A DNA stretch of 64,000 bases, taken from the NCBI GenBank assembly GCA_964016885.1, contig OZ024741.1:806001-870000 (forward strand), given 5' to 3'. The notes under the pieces are model-generated. The model searched no databases. It was given only the letters and a program-made list of their open reading frames with translations, and was not told the origin of the DNA. The position numbers and the translations under genes were made by a program. Source of the stretch: Eledone cirrhosa. Its lineage: Eukaryota. Numbering within the stretch: the first letter of the stretch is position 1; the number at the start of each line of letters is the position of its first letter. Positions 20,101 to 32,500 of this stretch are shown piece after piece.

Positions 20101-23100
20101 GGGTTAGGGTTAGGGTTAGGGTTAGGGTTAGGGTTAGGGTTAGGGTTAGGGTTAGGGTTAGGGTTAGGGTTAGGGTTAGGGTTAGGGTTAGGGTTAGGGT
20201 TAGGGTTAGGGTTAGGGTTAGGGTTAGGGTTAGGGTTAGGGTTAGGGTTAGGGTTAGGGTTAGGGTTAGGGTTAGGGTTAGGGTTAGGGTTAGGGTTAGG
20301 GTTAGGGTTAGGGTTAGGGTTAGGGTTAGGGTTAGGGTTAGGGTTAGGGTTAGGGTTAGGGTTAGGGTTAGGGTTAGGGTTAGGGTTAGGGTTAGGGTTA
20401 GGGTTAGGGTTAGGGTTAGGGTTAGGGTTAGGGTTAGGGTTAGGGTTAGGGTTAGGGTTAGGTTAGGGTTAGGGTTAGGGTTAGGGTTAGGGTTAGGGTT
20501 AGGGTTAGGGTTAGGGTTAGGGTTAGGTTAGGGTTAGGGTTAGGGTTAGGGTTAGGGTTAGGGTTAGGGTTAGGGTTAGGGTTAGGGTTAGGGTTAGGGT
20601 TAGGGTTAGGGTTAGGGTTAGGGTTAGGGTTAGGGTTAGGGTTAGGGTTAGGGTTAGGGTTAGGGTTAGGGTTAGGGTTAGGGTTAGGGTTAGGGTTAGG
20701 GTTAGGGTTAGGGTTAGGGTTAGGGTTAGGGTTAGGGTTAGGGTTAGGGTTAGGGTTAGGGTTAGGGTTAGGGTTAGGGTTAGGGTTAGGGTTAGGGTTA
20801 GGGTTAGGGTTAGGGTTAGGGTTAGGGTTAGGGTTAGGGTTAGGGTTAGGGTTAGGGTTAGGGTTAGGGTTAGGGTTAGGGTTAGGGTTAGGGTTAGGGT
20901 TAGGGTTAGGGTTAGGGTTAGGGTTAGGGTTAGGGTTAGGGTTAGGGTTAGGGTTAGGGTTAGGGTTAGGGTTAGGGTTAGGGTTAGGGTTAGGGTTAGG
21001 GTTAGGGTTAGGGTTAGGGTTAGGTTAGGGTTAGGGTTAGGGTTAGGGTTAGGGTTAGGGTTAGGGTTAGGGTTAGGGTTAGGGTTAGGGTTAGGGTTAG
21101 GGTTAGGGTTAGGGTTAGGGTTAGGGTTAGGGTTAGGGTTAGGGTTAGGGTTAGGGTTAGGGTTAGGGTTAGGGTTAGGGTTAGGGTTAGGGTTAGGGTT
21201 AGGGTTAGGGTTAGGGTTAGGGTTAGGGTTAGGGTTAGGGTTAGGGTTAGGGTTAGGGTTAGGGTTAGGGTTAGGGTTAGGGTTAGGGTTAGGGTTAGGG
21301 TTAGGGTTAGGTTAGGGTTAGGGTTAGGGTTAGGGTTAGGGTTAGGGTTAGGGTTAGGGTTAGGGTTAGGGTTAGGGTTAGGGTTAGGGTTAGGGTTAGG
21401 GTTAGGGTTAGGGTTAGGGTTAGGGTTAGGGTTAGGGTTAGGGTTAGGGTTAGGGTTAGGGTTAGGGTTAGGTTAGGGTTAGGGTTAGGGTTAGGGTTAG
21501 GGTTAGGGTTAGGGTTAGGGTTAGGGTTAGGGTTAGGGTTAGGGTTAGGGTTAGGGTTAGGGTTAGGGTTAGGGTTAGGGTAGGGTTAGGGTTAGGGTTA
21601 GGGTTAGGGTTAGGGTTAGGGTTAGGGTTAGGGTTAGGGTTAGGGTTAGGGTTAGGGGTTAGGGTTAGGGTTAGGGTTAGGGTTAGGGTTAGGGTTAGGG
21701 TTAGGGTTAGGGTTAGGGTTAGGGTTAGGGTTAGGGTTAGGGTTAGGGTTAGGGTTAGGGTTAGGGTTAGGGTTAGGGTTAGGGTTAGGGTTAGGGTTAG
21801 GGTTAGGGTTAGGGTTAGGGTTAGGGTTAGGGTTAGGGTTAGGGTTAGGGTTAGGGTTAGGGTTAGGGTTAGGGTTAGGGTTAGGGTTAGGGTTAGGGTT
21901 AGGGTTAGGGTTAGGGTTAGGGTTAGGGTTAGGGTTAGGGTTAGGGTTAGGGTTAGGGTTAGGGTTAGGGTTAGGGTTAGGGTTAGGGTTAGGGTTAGGG
22001 TTAGGGTTAGGGTTAGGGTTAGGGTTAGGGTTAGGGTTAGGGTTAGGGTTAGGGTTAGGGTTAGGGTTAGGGTTAGGGTTAGGGTTAGGGTTAGGGTTAG
22101 GGTTAGGGTTAGGGTTAGGGTTAGGGTTAGGGTTAGGGTTAGGGTTAGGGTTAGGGTTAGGGTTAGGGTTAGGGTTAGGGTTAGGGTTAGGGTTAGGGTT
22201 AGGGTTAGGGTTAGGGTTAGGGTTAGGGTTAGGGTTAGGGTTAGGGTTAGGGTTAGGGTTAGGGTTAGGGTTAGGGTTAGGGTTAGGGTTAGGGTTAGGG
22301 TTAGGGTTAGGGTTAGGGTTAGGGTTAGGGTTAGGGTTAGGGTTAGGGTTAGGGTTAGGGTTAGGGTTAGGGTTAGGGTTAGGGTTAGGGTTAGGGTTAG
22401 GGTTAGGGTTAGGGTTAGGGTTAGGGTTAGGGTTAGGGTTAGGGTTAGGGTTAGGGTTAGGGTTAGGGTTAGGGTTAGGGTTAGGGTTAGGGTTAGGGTT
22501 AGGGTTAGGGTTAGGGTTAGGGTTAGGGTTAGGGTTAGGGTTAGGTTAGGGTTAGGGTTAGGGTTAGGGTTAGGGTTAGGGTTAGGGTTAGGGTTAGGGT
22601 TAGGGTTAGGGTTAGGGTTAGGGTTAGGGTTAGGGTTAGGGTTAGGGTTAGGGTTAGGGTTAGGGTTAGGGTTAGGGTTAGGGTTAGGGTTAGGGTTAGG
22701 GTTAGGGTTAGGGTTAGGGTTAGGGTTAGGGTTAGGGTTAGGGTTAGGGTTAGGGTTAGGGTTAGGGTTAGGGTTAGGGTTAGGGTTAGGGTTAGGGTTA
22801 GGGTTAGGGTTAGGGTTAGGGTTAGGGTTAGGGTTAGGGTTAGGTTAGGGTTAGGGTTAGGGTTAGGGTTAGGGTTAGGGTTAGGGTTAGGGTTAGGTTA
22901 GGGTTAGGGTTAGGGTTAGGGTTAGGTTAGGGTTAGGGTTAGGGTTAGGGTTAGGGTTAGGGTTAGGGTTAGGGTTAGGGTTAGGGTTAGGGTTAGGGTT
23001 AGGGTTAGGGTTAGGGTTAGGGTTAGGGTTAGGGTTAGGGTTAGGGTTAGGGTTAGGGTTAGGGTTAGGGTTAGGGTTAGGGTTAGGGTTAGGGTTAGGG

Positions 23101-26100
23101 TTAGGGTTAGGGTTAGGGTTAGGGTTAGGGTTAGGGTTAGGGTTAGGGTTAGGGTTAGGGTTAGGGTTAGGGTTAGGGTTAGGGTTAGGGTTAGGGTTAG
23201 GGTTAGGGTTAGGGTTAGGGTTAGGGTTAGGGTTAGGGTTAGGGTTAGGGTTAGGGTTAGGGTTAGGGTTAGGGTTAGGGTTAGGGTTAGGGTTAGGGTT
23301 AGGGTTAGGGTTAGGGTTAGGGTTAGGGTTAGGGTTAGGGTTAGGGTTAGGGTTAGGGTTAGGGTTAGGGTTAGGGTTAGGGTTAGGGTTAGGGTTAGGG
23401 TTAGGGTTAGGGTTAGGGTTAGGGTTAGGGTTAGGGTTAGGGTTAGGGTTAGGGTTAGGGTTAGGGTTAGGGTTAGGTTAGGGTTAGGGTTAGGGTTAGG
23501 GTTAGGGTTAGGTTAGGGTTAGGGTTAGGGTTAGGGTTAGGGTTAGGGTTAGGGTTAGGGTTAGGGTTAGGGTTAGGGTTAGGGTTAGGGTTAGGGTTAG
23601 GGTTAGGGTTAGGGTTAGGGTTAGGGTTAGGGTTAGGGTTAGGGTTAGGGTTAGGGTTAGGGTTAGGTTAGGGTTAGGGTTAGGGTTAGGGTTAGGGTTA
23701 GGGTTAGGGTTAGGGTTAGGGTTAGGGTTAGGGTTAGGGTTAGGGTTAGGGTTAGGGTTAGGGTTAGGGTTAGGGTTAGGGTTAGGGTTAGGGTTAGGGT
23801 TAGGGTTAGGGTTAGGGTTAGGGTTAGGGTTAGGGTTAGGGTTAGGGTTAGGGTTAGGGTTAGGGTTAGGGTTAGGGTTAGGGTTAGGGTTAGGGTTAGG
23901 GTTAGGGTTAGGGTTAGGGTTAGGGTTAGGGTTAGGGTTAGGGTTAGGGTTAGGGTTAGGGTTAGGGTTAGGGTTAGGGTTAGGGTTAGGGTTAGGGTTA
24001 GGGTTAGGGTTAGGGTTAGGGTTAGGGTTAGGGTTAGGGTTAGGGTTAGGGTTAGGGTTAGGGTTAGGGTTAGGGTTAGGGTTAGGGTTAGGGTTAGGGT
24101 TAGGGTTAGGGTTAGGGTTAGGGTTAGGGTTAGGGTTAGGGTTAGGGTTAGGGTTAGGGTTAGGGTTATGGTTAGGGTTAGGGTTAGGGTTAGGGTTAGG
24201 GTTAGGGTTAGGGTTAGGGTTAGGGTTAGGGTTAGGGTTAGGGTTAGGGTTAGGGTTAGGGTTAGGGTTAGGGTTAGGGTTAGGGTTAGGGTTAGGGTTA
24301 GGGTTAGGGTTAGGGTTAGGGTTAGGGTTAGGGTTAGGGTTAGGGTTAGGGTTAGGGTTAGGGTTAGGGTTAGGGTTAGGGTTAGGGTTAGGGTTAGGGT
24401 TAGGGTTAGGGTTAGGGTTAGGGTTAGGGTTAGGGTTAGGGTTAGGGTTAGGGTTAGGGTTAGGGTTAGGGTTAGGGTTAGGGTTAGGGTTAGGGTTAGG
24501 GTTAGGGTTAGGGTTGGTTAGGGTTAGGGTTAGGGTTAGGGTTAGGGTTAGGGTTAGGGTTAGGGTTAGGGTTAGGGTTAGGGTTAGGGTTAGGGTTAGG
24601 GTTAGGGTTAGGGTTAGGGTTAGGGTTAGGGTTAGGGTTAGGGTTAGGGTTAGGGTTAGGGTTAGGGTTAGGGTTAGGGTTAGGGTTAGGGTTAGGGTTA
24701 GGGTTAGGGTTAGGGTTAGGGTTAGGGTTAGGGTTAGGGTTAGGGTTAGGGTTAGGGTTAGGGTTAGGGTTAGGGTTAGGTTAGGGTTAGGGTTAGGGTT
24801 AGGGTTAGGGTTAGGGTTAGGGTTAGGGTTAGGGTTAGGGTTAGGGTTAGGGTTAGGGTTAGGGTTAGGGTTAGGGTTAGGGTTAGGGTTAGGGTTAGGG
24901 TTAGGGTTAGGGTTAGGGTTAGGGTTAGGGTTAGGGTTAGGGTTAGGGTTAGGGTTAGGGTTAGGGTTAGGGTTAGGGTTAGGGTTAGGGTTAGGGTTAG
25001 GGTTAGGGTTAGGGTTAGGGTTAGGGTTAGGGTTAGGTTAGGGTTAGGGTTAGGGTTAGGGTTAGGGTTAGGGTTAGGGTTAGGGTTAGGGTTAGGGTTA
25101 GGGTTAGGGTTAGGTAGGGTTAGGGTTAGGGTTAGGGTTAGGGTTAGGGTTAGGGTTAGGGTTAGGGTTAGGGTTAGGTTAGGGTTAGGGTTAGGGTTAG
25201 GGTTAGGGTTAGGGTTAGGGTTAGGGTTAGGGTTAGGGTTAGGGTTAGGGTTAGGGTTAGGGTTAGGGTTAGGGTTAGGGTTAGGGTTAGGGTTAGGGTT
25301 AGGGTTAGGGTTAGGTTAGGGTTAGGGTTAGGGTTAGGGTTAGGGTTAGGGTTAGGGTTAGGGTTAGGGTTAGGGTTAGGGTTAGGGTTAGGGTTAGGGT
25401 TAGGGTTAGGGTTAGGGTTAGGGTTAGGGTTAGGGTTAGGGTTAGGGTTAGGGTTAGGGTTAGGGTTAGGGTTAGGGTTAGGGTTAGGGTTAGGGTTAGG
25501 GTTAGGGTTAGGGTTAGGGTTAGGGTTAGGGTTAGGGTTAGGTTAGGGTTAGGGTTAGGGTTAGGGTTAGGGTTAGGGTTAGGTTAGGGTTAGGGTTAGG
25601 GTTAGGGTTAGGGTTAGGGTTAGGGTTAGGGTTAGGGTTAGGGTTAGGGTTAGGGTTAGGGTTAGGGTTAGGGTTAGGGTTAGGTTAGGGTTAGGGTTAG
25701 GGTTAGGGTTAGGGTTAGGGTTAGGGTTAGGGTTAGGGTTAGGGTTAGGGTTAGGGTTAGGGTTAGGGTTAGGGTTAGGGTTAGGGTTAGGGTTAGGGTT
25801 AGGGTTAGGGTTAGGGTTAGGGTTAGGGTTAGGGTTAGGGTTAGGGTTAGGGTTAGGGTTAGGGTTAGGGTTAGGGTTAGGGTTAGGTTAGGGTTAGGGT
25901 TAGGGTTAGGGTTAGGGTTAGGGTTAGGGTTAGGGTTAGGGTTAGGGTTAGGGTTAGGGTTAGGGTTAGGGTTAGGGTTAGGTTAGGGTTAGGGTTAGGG
26001 TTAGGGTTAGGGTTAGGGTTAGGGTTAGGGTTAGGGTTAGGGTTAGGGTTAGGGTTAGGGTTAGGGTTAGGGTTAGGGTTAGGGTTAGGGTTAGGGTTAG

Positions 26101-26260
26101 GGTTAGGGTTAGGGTTAGGGTTAGGGTTAGGGTTAGGGTTAGGGTTAGGGTTAGGGTTAGGGTTAGGGTTAGGGTTAGGGTTAGGGTTAGGGTTAGGGTT
26201 AGGGTTAGGGTTAGGGTTAGGGTTAGGGTTAGGGTTAGGGTTAGGTGGTTAGGGTTAGGG

Positions 26261-26301
<41 letters not shown>

Positions 26302-26383
26302 GAGGTTAGGGTTAGGGTTAGGGTTAGGGGTTAGGGTTAGGGTTAGGGTTAGGGTTAGGGTTAGGGTTAGGGTTAGGGTTAGG
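17196..26383 (+). repeat. Telomeric array (TTAGGG)n, ~9.2 kb (~1,530 units)
   Basis: Read directly; the G-strand runs away from the subtelomere, as expected for a right-hand chromosome end. Sporadic 1-bp indels begin at ~18410. Confidence 0.99.
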
Positions 26384-26583
26384 NNNNNNNNNNNNNNNNN
26401 NNNNNNNNNNNNNNNNNNNNNNNNNNNNNNNNNNNNNNNNNNNNNNNNNNNNNNNNNNNNNNNNNNNNNNNNNNNNNNNNNNNNNNNNNNNNNNNNNNNN
26501 NNNNNNNNNNNNNNNNNNNNNNNNNNNNNNNNNNNNNNNNNNNNNNNNNNNNNNNNNNNNNNNNNNNNNNNNNNNNNNNNNNN
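26384..26583. other. Assembly gap (exactly 200 N)
   Basis: Round-number N run typical of an unsized scaffolding join. Confidence 0.99.
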
Positions 26584-29500
26584 TTATTGTTGGTGTTGGT
26601 GTTATTGTTGTTGTTGATGTTATTGTTGTTGTTGGTGTTATTGTTGGTGTTGATGTTATTGTTGTTGTTGGTGTTATTGTTGGTGTTGGTGTTATTGTTG
26701 GTGTTGATGTTATTGTTGTTGTTGGTGTTATTGTTGGTGTTGATGTTATTGTTGTTGTTGATGTTATTGTTGTTGTTGGTGTTATTGTTGGTGTTGGTGT
26801 TATTGTTGGTGTTGATGTTATTGTTGTTGTTGGTGTTATTGTTGGTGTTGATGTTATTGTTGTTGTTGATGTTATCGTTGTTGTTGGTGTTATTGTTGGT
26901 GTTATTGTTGTTGTTGATGTTATTGGTGGTGTTGGTGTTATTGTTGTTGTTGGTGTTATTGTTGTTGTAGGTGTTATTGTTGGTGTTGATGTTATTGTTG
27001 TTGTTGGTGTTATTGTTGGTGTTGATGTTATCGTTGTTGTTGATGTTATTGTTGTTGTTGGTGTTATTGTTGGTGTTAATGTTGGTGTTGGTGTTATTGT
27101 TGGTGTTGGTGTTATTGTTGTTGTTGGTGTTATTGTTGTTGTTGGTGTTATTGTTGGTGTTGGTGTTATTGTTGGTGTTGGTGTTATTGTTGTTGTTGGT
27201 GTTATTGTTGGTGTTGATGTTATTGTTGTTGTTGGTGTTATTGTTGGTGTTGATGTTATTGTTGGTGTTGATGTTATTGTTGTTGTTGGTGTTATTGTTG
27301 GTGTTGGTGTTATTGTTGGTGTTGGTGTTATTGTTGGTGTTGGTGTTATTGTTGTTGTTGGTGTTATTGTTGTTGTTGGTGTTATTGTTGGTGTTATTGT
27401 TGTTGTTGATGTAATTGTTGTTGTTGGTGTTATTGTTGGTGTTATTGTTGGTGTTGGTGTTATTGTTGTTGTTGATGTTATTGTTGTTGTTGGTGTTATT
27501 GTTGGTGTTGATGTTATTGTTGTTGTTGGTGTTATTGTTGGTGTTGATGTTATTGTTGTTGTTGATGTTATTGTTGTTGTTGGTGTTATTGTTGGTGTTA
27601 TTGTTGGTGTTGGTGTTATTGTTGGTGTTGGTGTTATTGTTGTTGTTGGTGTTATTGTTGTTGTAGGTATTATTGTTGTTGTTGATGTTATTGTTGTTGT
27701 TGGTGTTATAGTTGTTGTTGATGTTATTGTTGGTGTTGGTGTTATTGTTGTTGTTGGTGTTATTGTTGTTGTAGGTGTTATTGTTGGTGTTGATGTTATT
27801 GTTGTTGTTGGTGTTATTGTTGGTGTGATGTTATTGTTGTTGTTGATGTTATTGTTGTTGTTGGTGTTATTGTTGGTGTTATTGTTGGTGTTGGTGTTAT
27901 TGTTGGTGTTGGTATTATTGTTGTTGTTGGTGTTATTGTTGTTGTTGGTGTTATTGTTGGTGTTGGTGTTATTGTTGGTGTTGGTGTTATTGTTGTTGTT
28001 GGTGTTATTGTTGTTGTTGGTGTTATTGTTGGTGTTGGTGTTATTGTTGTTGTTGATGTTATTGTTGTTGTTGGTGTTATTGTTGGTGTTGGTGTTATTG
28101 TTGTTGTTGATGTTATTGTTGTTGTTGGTGTTATTGTTGGTGCTGGTGTTATTGTTGTTGTTGGTGTTATTGTTGTTGTTGGTGTTATTGTTGGTGTTGA
28201 TGTTATTGTTGTTGTTGGTGTTATTGTTGGTGTTGATGTTATTGTTGTTGTTGATGTTATTGTTGTTGTTGGTGTTATTGTTGGTGTTGGTGTTATTGTT
28301 GGTGTTGGTGTTATTGTTGGTGTTGGTGTTATTGTTGTTGTTGGTGTTATTGTTGTTGTTGGTGTTATTGTTGGTGTTGGTGTTATTGTTGTTGTTGATG
28401 TTATTGTTGTTGTTGGTGTTATTGTTGGTGTTATTGTTGGTGTTGGTGTTATTGTTGTTGTTGATGTTATTGTTGTTGTTGGTGTTATTGTTGGTGTTGG
28501 TGTTATTGTTGTTGTTGTGTTATTGTTGTTGTTGGTGTTATTGTTGGTGTGGTGTTATTGTTGTTGTTGGTGTTATTGTTGTTGTTGGTGTTATTGTTGG
28601 TGTTGGTGTTATTGTTGTTGTTGGTGTTATTGTTGGTGTTGGTGTTATTGTTGGTGTTGGTGTTATTGTTGGTGTTATTGTTGTTGTTGGTGTTATTGTT
28701 GGTGTTATTGTTGTTGTTGGTGTTATTGTTGTTGTTGGTGTTATTGTGTTGTTGGTGTTATTGTTGGTGTTATTATTGTTGTTGGTGTTATTGTTGGTGT
28801 TGGTGTTATGTGTGTTGGTGTTATTGTTGGTGTTGGTGTTATTGTTGTTGTTGATGTTATTGTTGTTGTTGGTGTTAGTGTTGTTGTTGGTGTTATTGTT
28901 GTTGTTGGTGTTATTGTTGGTGTGGTGTTATGGTGTTGTTGGTGTTATTGTTGGTGTTGGTGTTATTGTGTTGTTGGTGTTATTGTTGGTGTTGGTGTTA
29001 TTGTTGTTGTTGGTGTTATTGTTGTTGTTGGTGTTATTGTTGTTGTTGGTGTTATTGTTGGTGTTGGTGTTATTGTTGGTGTTATTGTTGTTGTTGGTGT
29101 TATTGTTGGTGTTGGTGTTATTGTTGGTGTATTTGTTGTGGTGTTATTGTTGTTGTTGGTGTTATTGTTGTTGTTGGTGTTATTGTTGGTGTTTTTTGTG
29201 TTGATGTTATTGTTGTGTTGGTGTTATTGGTGGTGTTGATGTATTGTTGTTGTTGTGTTGTTGTTGTGTTATTGTTGTTGTTGGTGTTATTGTTGGTGTT
29301 GGTGTTATTGTTGTTGTTGGTGTTATTGTTGTGTTGGTGTTATTGTTGTTGTGTATTGTTGTTGTTGGTGTTGTTGTTGGTGTATTGTTGTGTTGGTGTT
29401 ATTGTTGTTGTTGTGTTATTGTTGGTGTTGTGTTATTGTTGTTGTTGGTGTTATTGTTGTTGTTGGTGTTATTGTTGTTGTTGGTGTTATTGTTGTGTTG

Positions 29501-32500
29501 GTGTTATTGTGTTGTTGTTGTTGTTGTTGTTGTTGGTGTTGTTGTTGGTGTTATTGTTGTGTTGATGTTATTGGTGGTGTTGTGTGTGTTATTGTTGTTG
29601 GTGTTATTGTTGTTGTTGGTGTTATTGTGTGTTGTGTTGTTGTTGTTGGTGTTGTTGTTGTTGTTGATGTTATTGTTGTTGTTGGTGTTATTGTTGTTGT
29701 TGGTGTTATTGTTGTGTTGGTTATTGTTGTGTTGGTGTTGTTGTTGTTGTTGTTGTGTTGGTGTTATTGTTGGTGTTGGTGTTATTGTTGTTGTGGTGTA
29801 TTGTTGTTGTGGTGTTATTGTTGGTGTTGGTGTTATTGTTGTGTTGGTTGTTGTTGTTGTGTTGTGTTGTGTTATTGTTGTTGTTGATGTTATTGTTGTT
29901 GTTGGTGTTATGTGGTTGGTGTTATTGTTGTGTTGGTGTTATTGTTGGTGTTGTTGTGTTGTTGTTGGTGTTGATGTTATTGTTGTTAATTGTTGTTGTT
30001 GGTGTTATTGTTGGTGTTGGTGTTATTGTTGGTGTTGGTGTTATTGTTGGTGTTGGTGTTATTGTTGTTGTTGGTGTTATTGTTGTTGTTGGTGTTATTG
30101 TTGTTGTTGGTGTTATTGTTGTTGTTGGTGTTATTGTTGGTGTTATTATGTGTTGATGTTATTGTTGTTGTTGATGTTATTGTTGTTGTTGGTGTTATTG
30201 TTGTTGTTGGTGTTATTGTTGTTGTAGGTGTTATTGTTGGTGTTGGTGTTATTGTTGGTGTTGGTGTTATTGTTGGTGTTGGTGTTATTGTTGTTGTTGG
30301 TGTTATTGTTGTTGTTGGTGTTATTGTTGTTGTTGGTGTTATTGTTGGTGTTGGTGTTATTGTTGGTGTTGGTGTTATTGTTGTTGTAGGTGTTATTGTT
30401 GTTGTTGGTGTTATTGTTGGTGTTATTGTTGTTGTTGGTGTTATTGTTGTTGTTGTGTTATTGTTGTTGTTGATGTTATTGTTGTTGTTGGTGTTATTGT
30501 TGTTGTTGGTGTTATTGTTGTTGTTGGTGTTATTGTTGTTGTTGGTGTTATTGTTGTTGTTGGTGTTATTGTTGTTGTTGGTGTTATTGTTGGTGTTGAT
30601 GTTATTGTTGTTGTTGGTGTTATTGTTGGTGTTGGTGTTATTGTTGGTGTTGATGTTATTGTTGTTGTTGGTGTTATTGTTGGTGTTGGTGTTATTGTTG
30701 TTGTTGGTGTTATTGTTGGTGTTGGTGTTATTGTTGGTGTTAATGTTATTGGTGGTGTTGATGTTATTGTTGTTGTTGGTGTTATTGTTGGTGTTGGTGT
30801 TATTGTTGGTGTTGATGTTATTGTTGTTGTTGGTGTTATTGTTGGTGTTGATGTTATTGTTGTTGTTGATGTTATTGTTGGTGTTGGTGTTATTGTTGTT
30901 GTTGGTGTTATTGTTGTTGTTGGTGTTATTGTTGGTGTTGATGTTATTGTTGTTGTTGGTGTTATTGGTGGTGTTGATGTTATTGTTGTTGTTGGTGTTA
31001 TTGTTGTTGTTGGTGTTATTGTTGGTGTTGGTGTTATTGTTGGTGTTGGTGTTATTGTTGTTGTTGATGTTATTGTTGTTGTTGGTGTTATTGTTGGTGT
31101 TGATGTTATTGTTGTTGTTGGTGTTATTGTTGGTGTTGATGTTATTGTTGGTGTTGATGTTATTGTTGTTGTTGGTGTTATTGTTGGTGTTGATGTTATT
31201 GTTGTTGTTGATGTTTTGTTGTTGTTGGTGTTATTGTTGGTGTTGGTGTTATTGTTGGTGTTGATGTTATTGTTGTTGTTGGTGTTATTGTTGTTGTTGG
31301 TGTTATTGTTGGTGTTGATGTTATTGTTGTTGTTGGTGTTATTGTTGGTGTTGATGTTATTGTTGTTGTTGATGTTATTGTTGTTGTTGGTGTTATTGTT
31401 GGTGTTATTGTTGGTGTTGGTGTTATTGTTGGTGTTGGTGTTATTGTTGTTGTTGGTGTTATTGTTGTTGTAGGTGTTATTGTTGTTGTTGATGTTATTG
31501 TTGTTGTTGGTGTTATTGTTGTTGTCGATGTTATTGGTGGTGTTGGTGTTATTGTTGTTGTTGGTGTTATTGTTGTTGTAGGTGTTATTGTTGGTGTTGA
31601 TGTTATTGTTGTTGTTGGTGTTATTGTTGGTGTTGATGTTATCGTTGTTGTTGATGTTATTGTTGTTGTTGGTGTTATTGTTGGTGTTAATGTTGGTGTT
31701 GGTGTTATTGTTGGTGTTGGTGTTATTGTTGTTGTTGGTGTTATTGTTGTTGTTGGTGTTATTGTTGGTGTTGGTGTTATTGTTGGTTGGTGTTATTGTT
31801 GTTGTGTGTTGGTGTTTGTTGTTGTTGGTGTTATTGTTGGTGTTGGTGTTATTGTTGTTGTTGATGTTATTGTTGTTGTTGGTGTTATTGTTGGTGTTGA
31901 TGTTATTGTTGTTGTTGATGTTATTGTTGTTGTTGGTGTTATTGTTGGTGTTGGTGTTATTGTTGTTGTTGGTGTTATTGTTGTTGTTGGTGTTATTGTT
32001 GGTGTTGATGTTATTGTTGTTGTTGGTGTTATTGTTGGTGTTGATGTTATTGTTGTTGTTGATGTTATTGTTGTTGTTGGTGTTATTGTTGGTGTTGGTG
32101 TTATTGTTGGTGTTGGTGTTATTGTTGGTGTTGGTGTTATTGTTGTTGTTGGTGTTATTGTTGTTGTTGGTGTTATTGTTGGTGTTATTGTTGTTGTTGA
32201 TGTTATTGTTGTTGTTGGTCTTATTGTTGGTGTTATTGTTGGTGTTGGTGTTATTGTTGTTGTTGATGTTATTGTTGTTGTTGGTGTTATTGTTGGTGTT
32301 GGTGTTATTGTTGTTGTTGATGTTATTGTTGTTGTTGGTGTTATTGTTGGTGTTGGTGTTATTGTTGTTGTTGGTGCTATTGTTGTTGTTGGTGTTATTG
32401 TTGGTGTTGGTGTTATTGTTGTTGTTGGTGTTATTGTTGGTGTTGGTGTTATTGTTGGTGTTGGTGTTATTGTTGGTGTTATTGTTGTTGTTGGTGTTAT

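Noticed and set aside
16763-25041. Long (VR)n and (GL)n ORFs over the telomere
   Set aside because: Two frames of TTAGGG lack stops by construction. The starts are GTG, TTG or single-base variants, and frame switches follow 1-bp indels. Nothing in the sequence supports a gene.
18410-26383. TTAGG, TAGGG and TTAGGGG variants as biological telomerase errors
   Set aside because: They are mostly homopolymer indels, absent proximally and increasingly irregular toward the contig end, consistent with read error at falling coverage.
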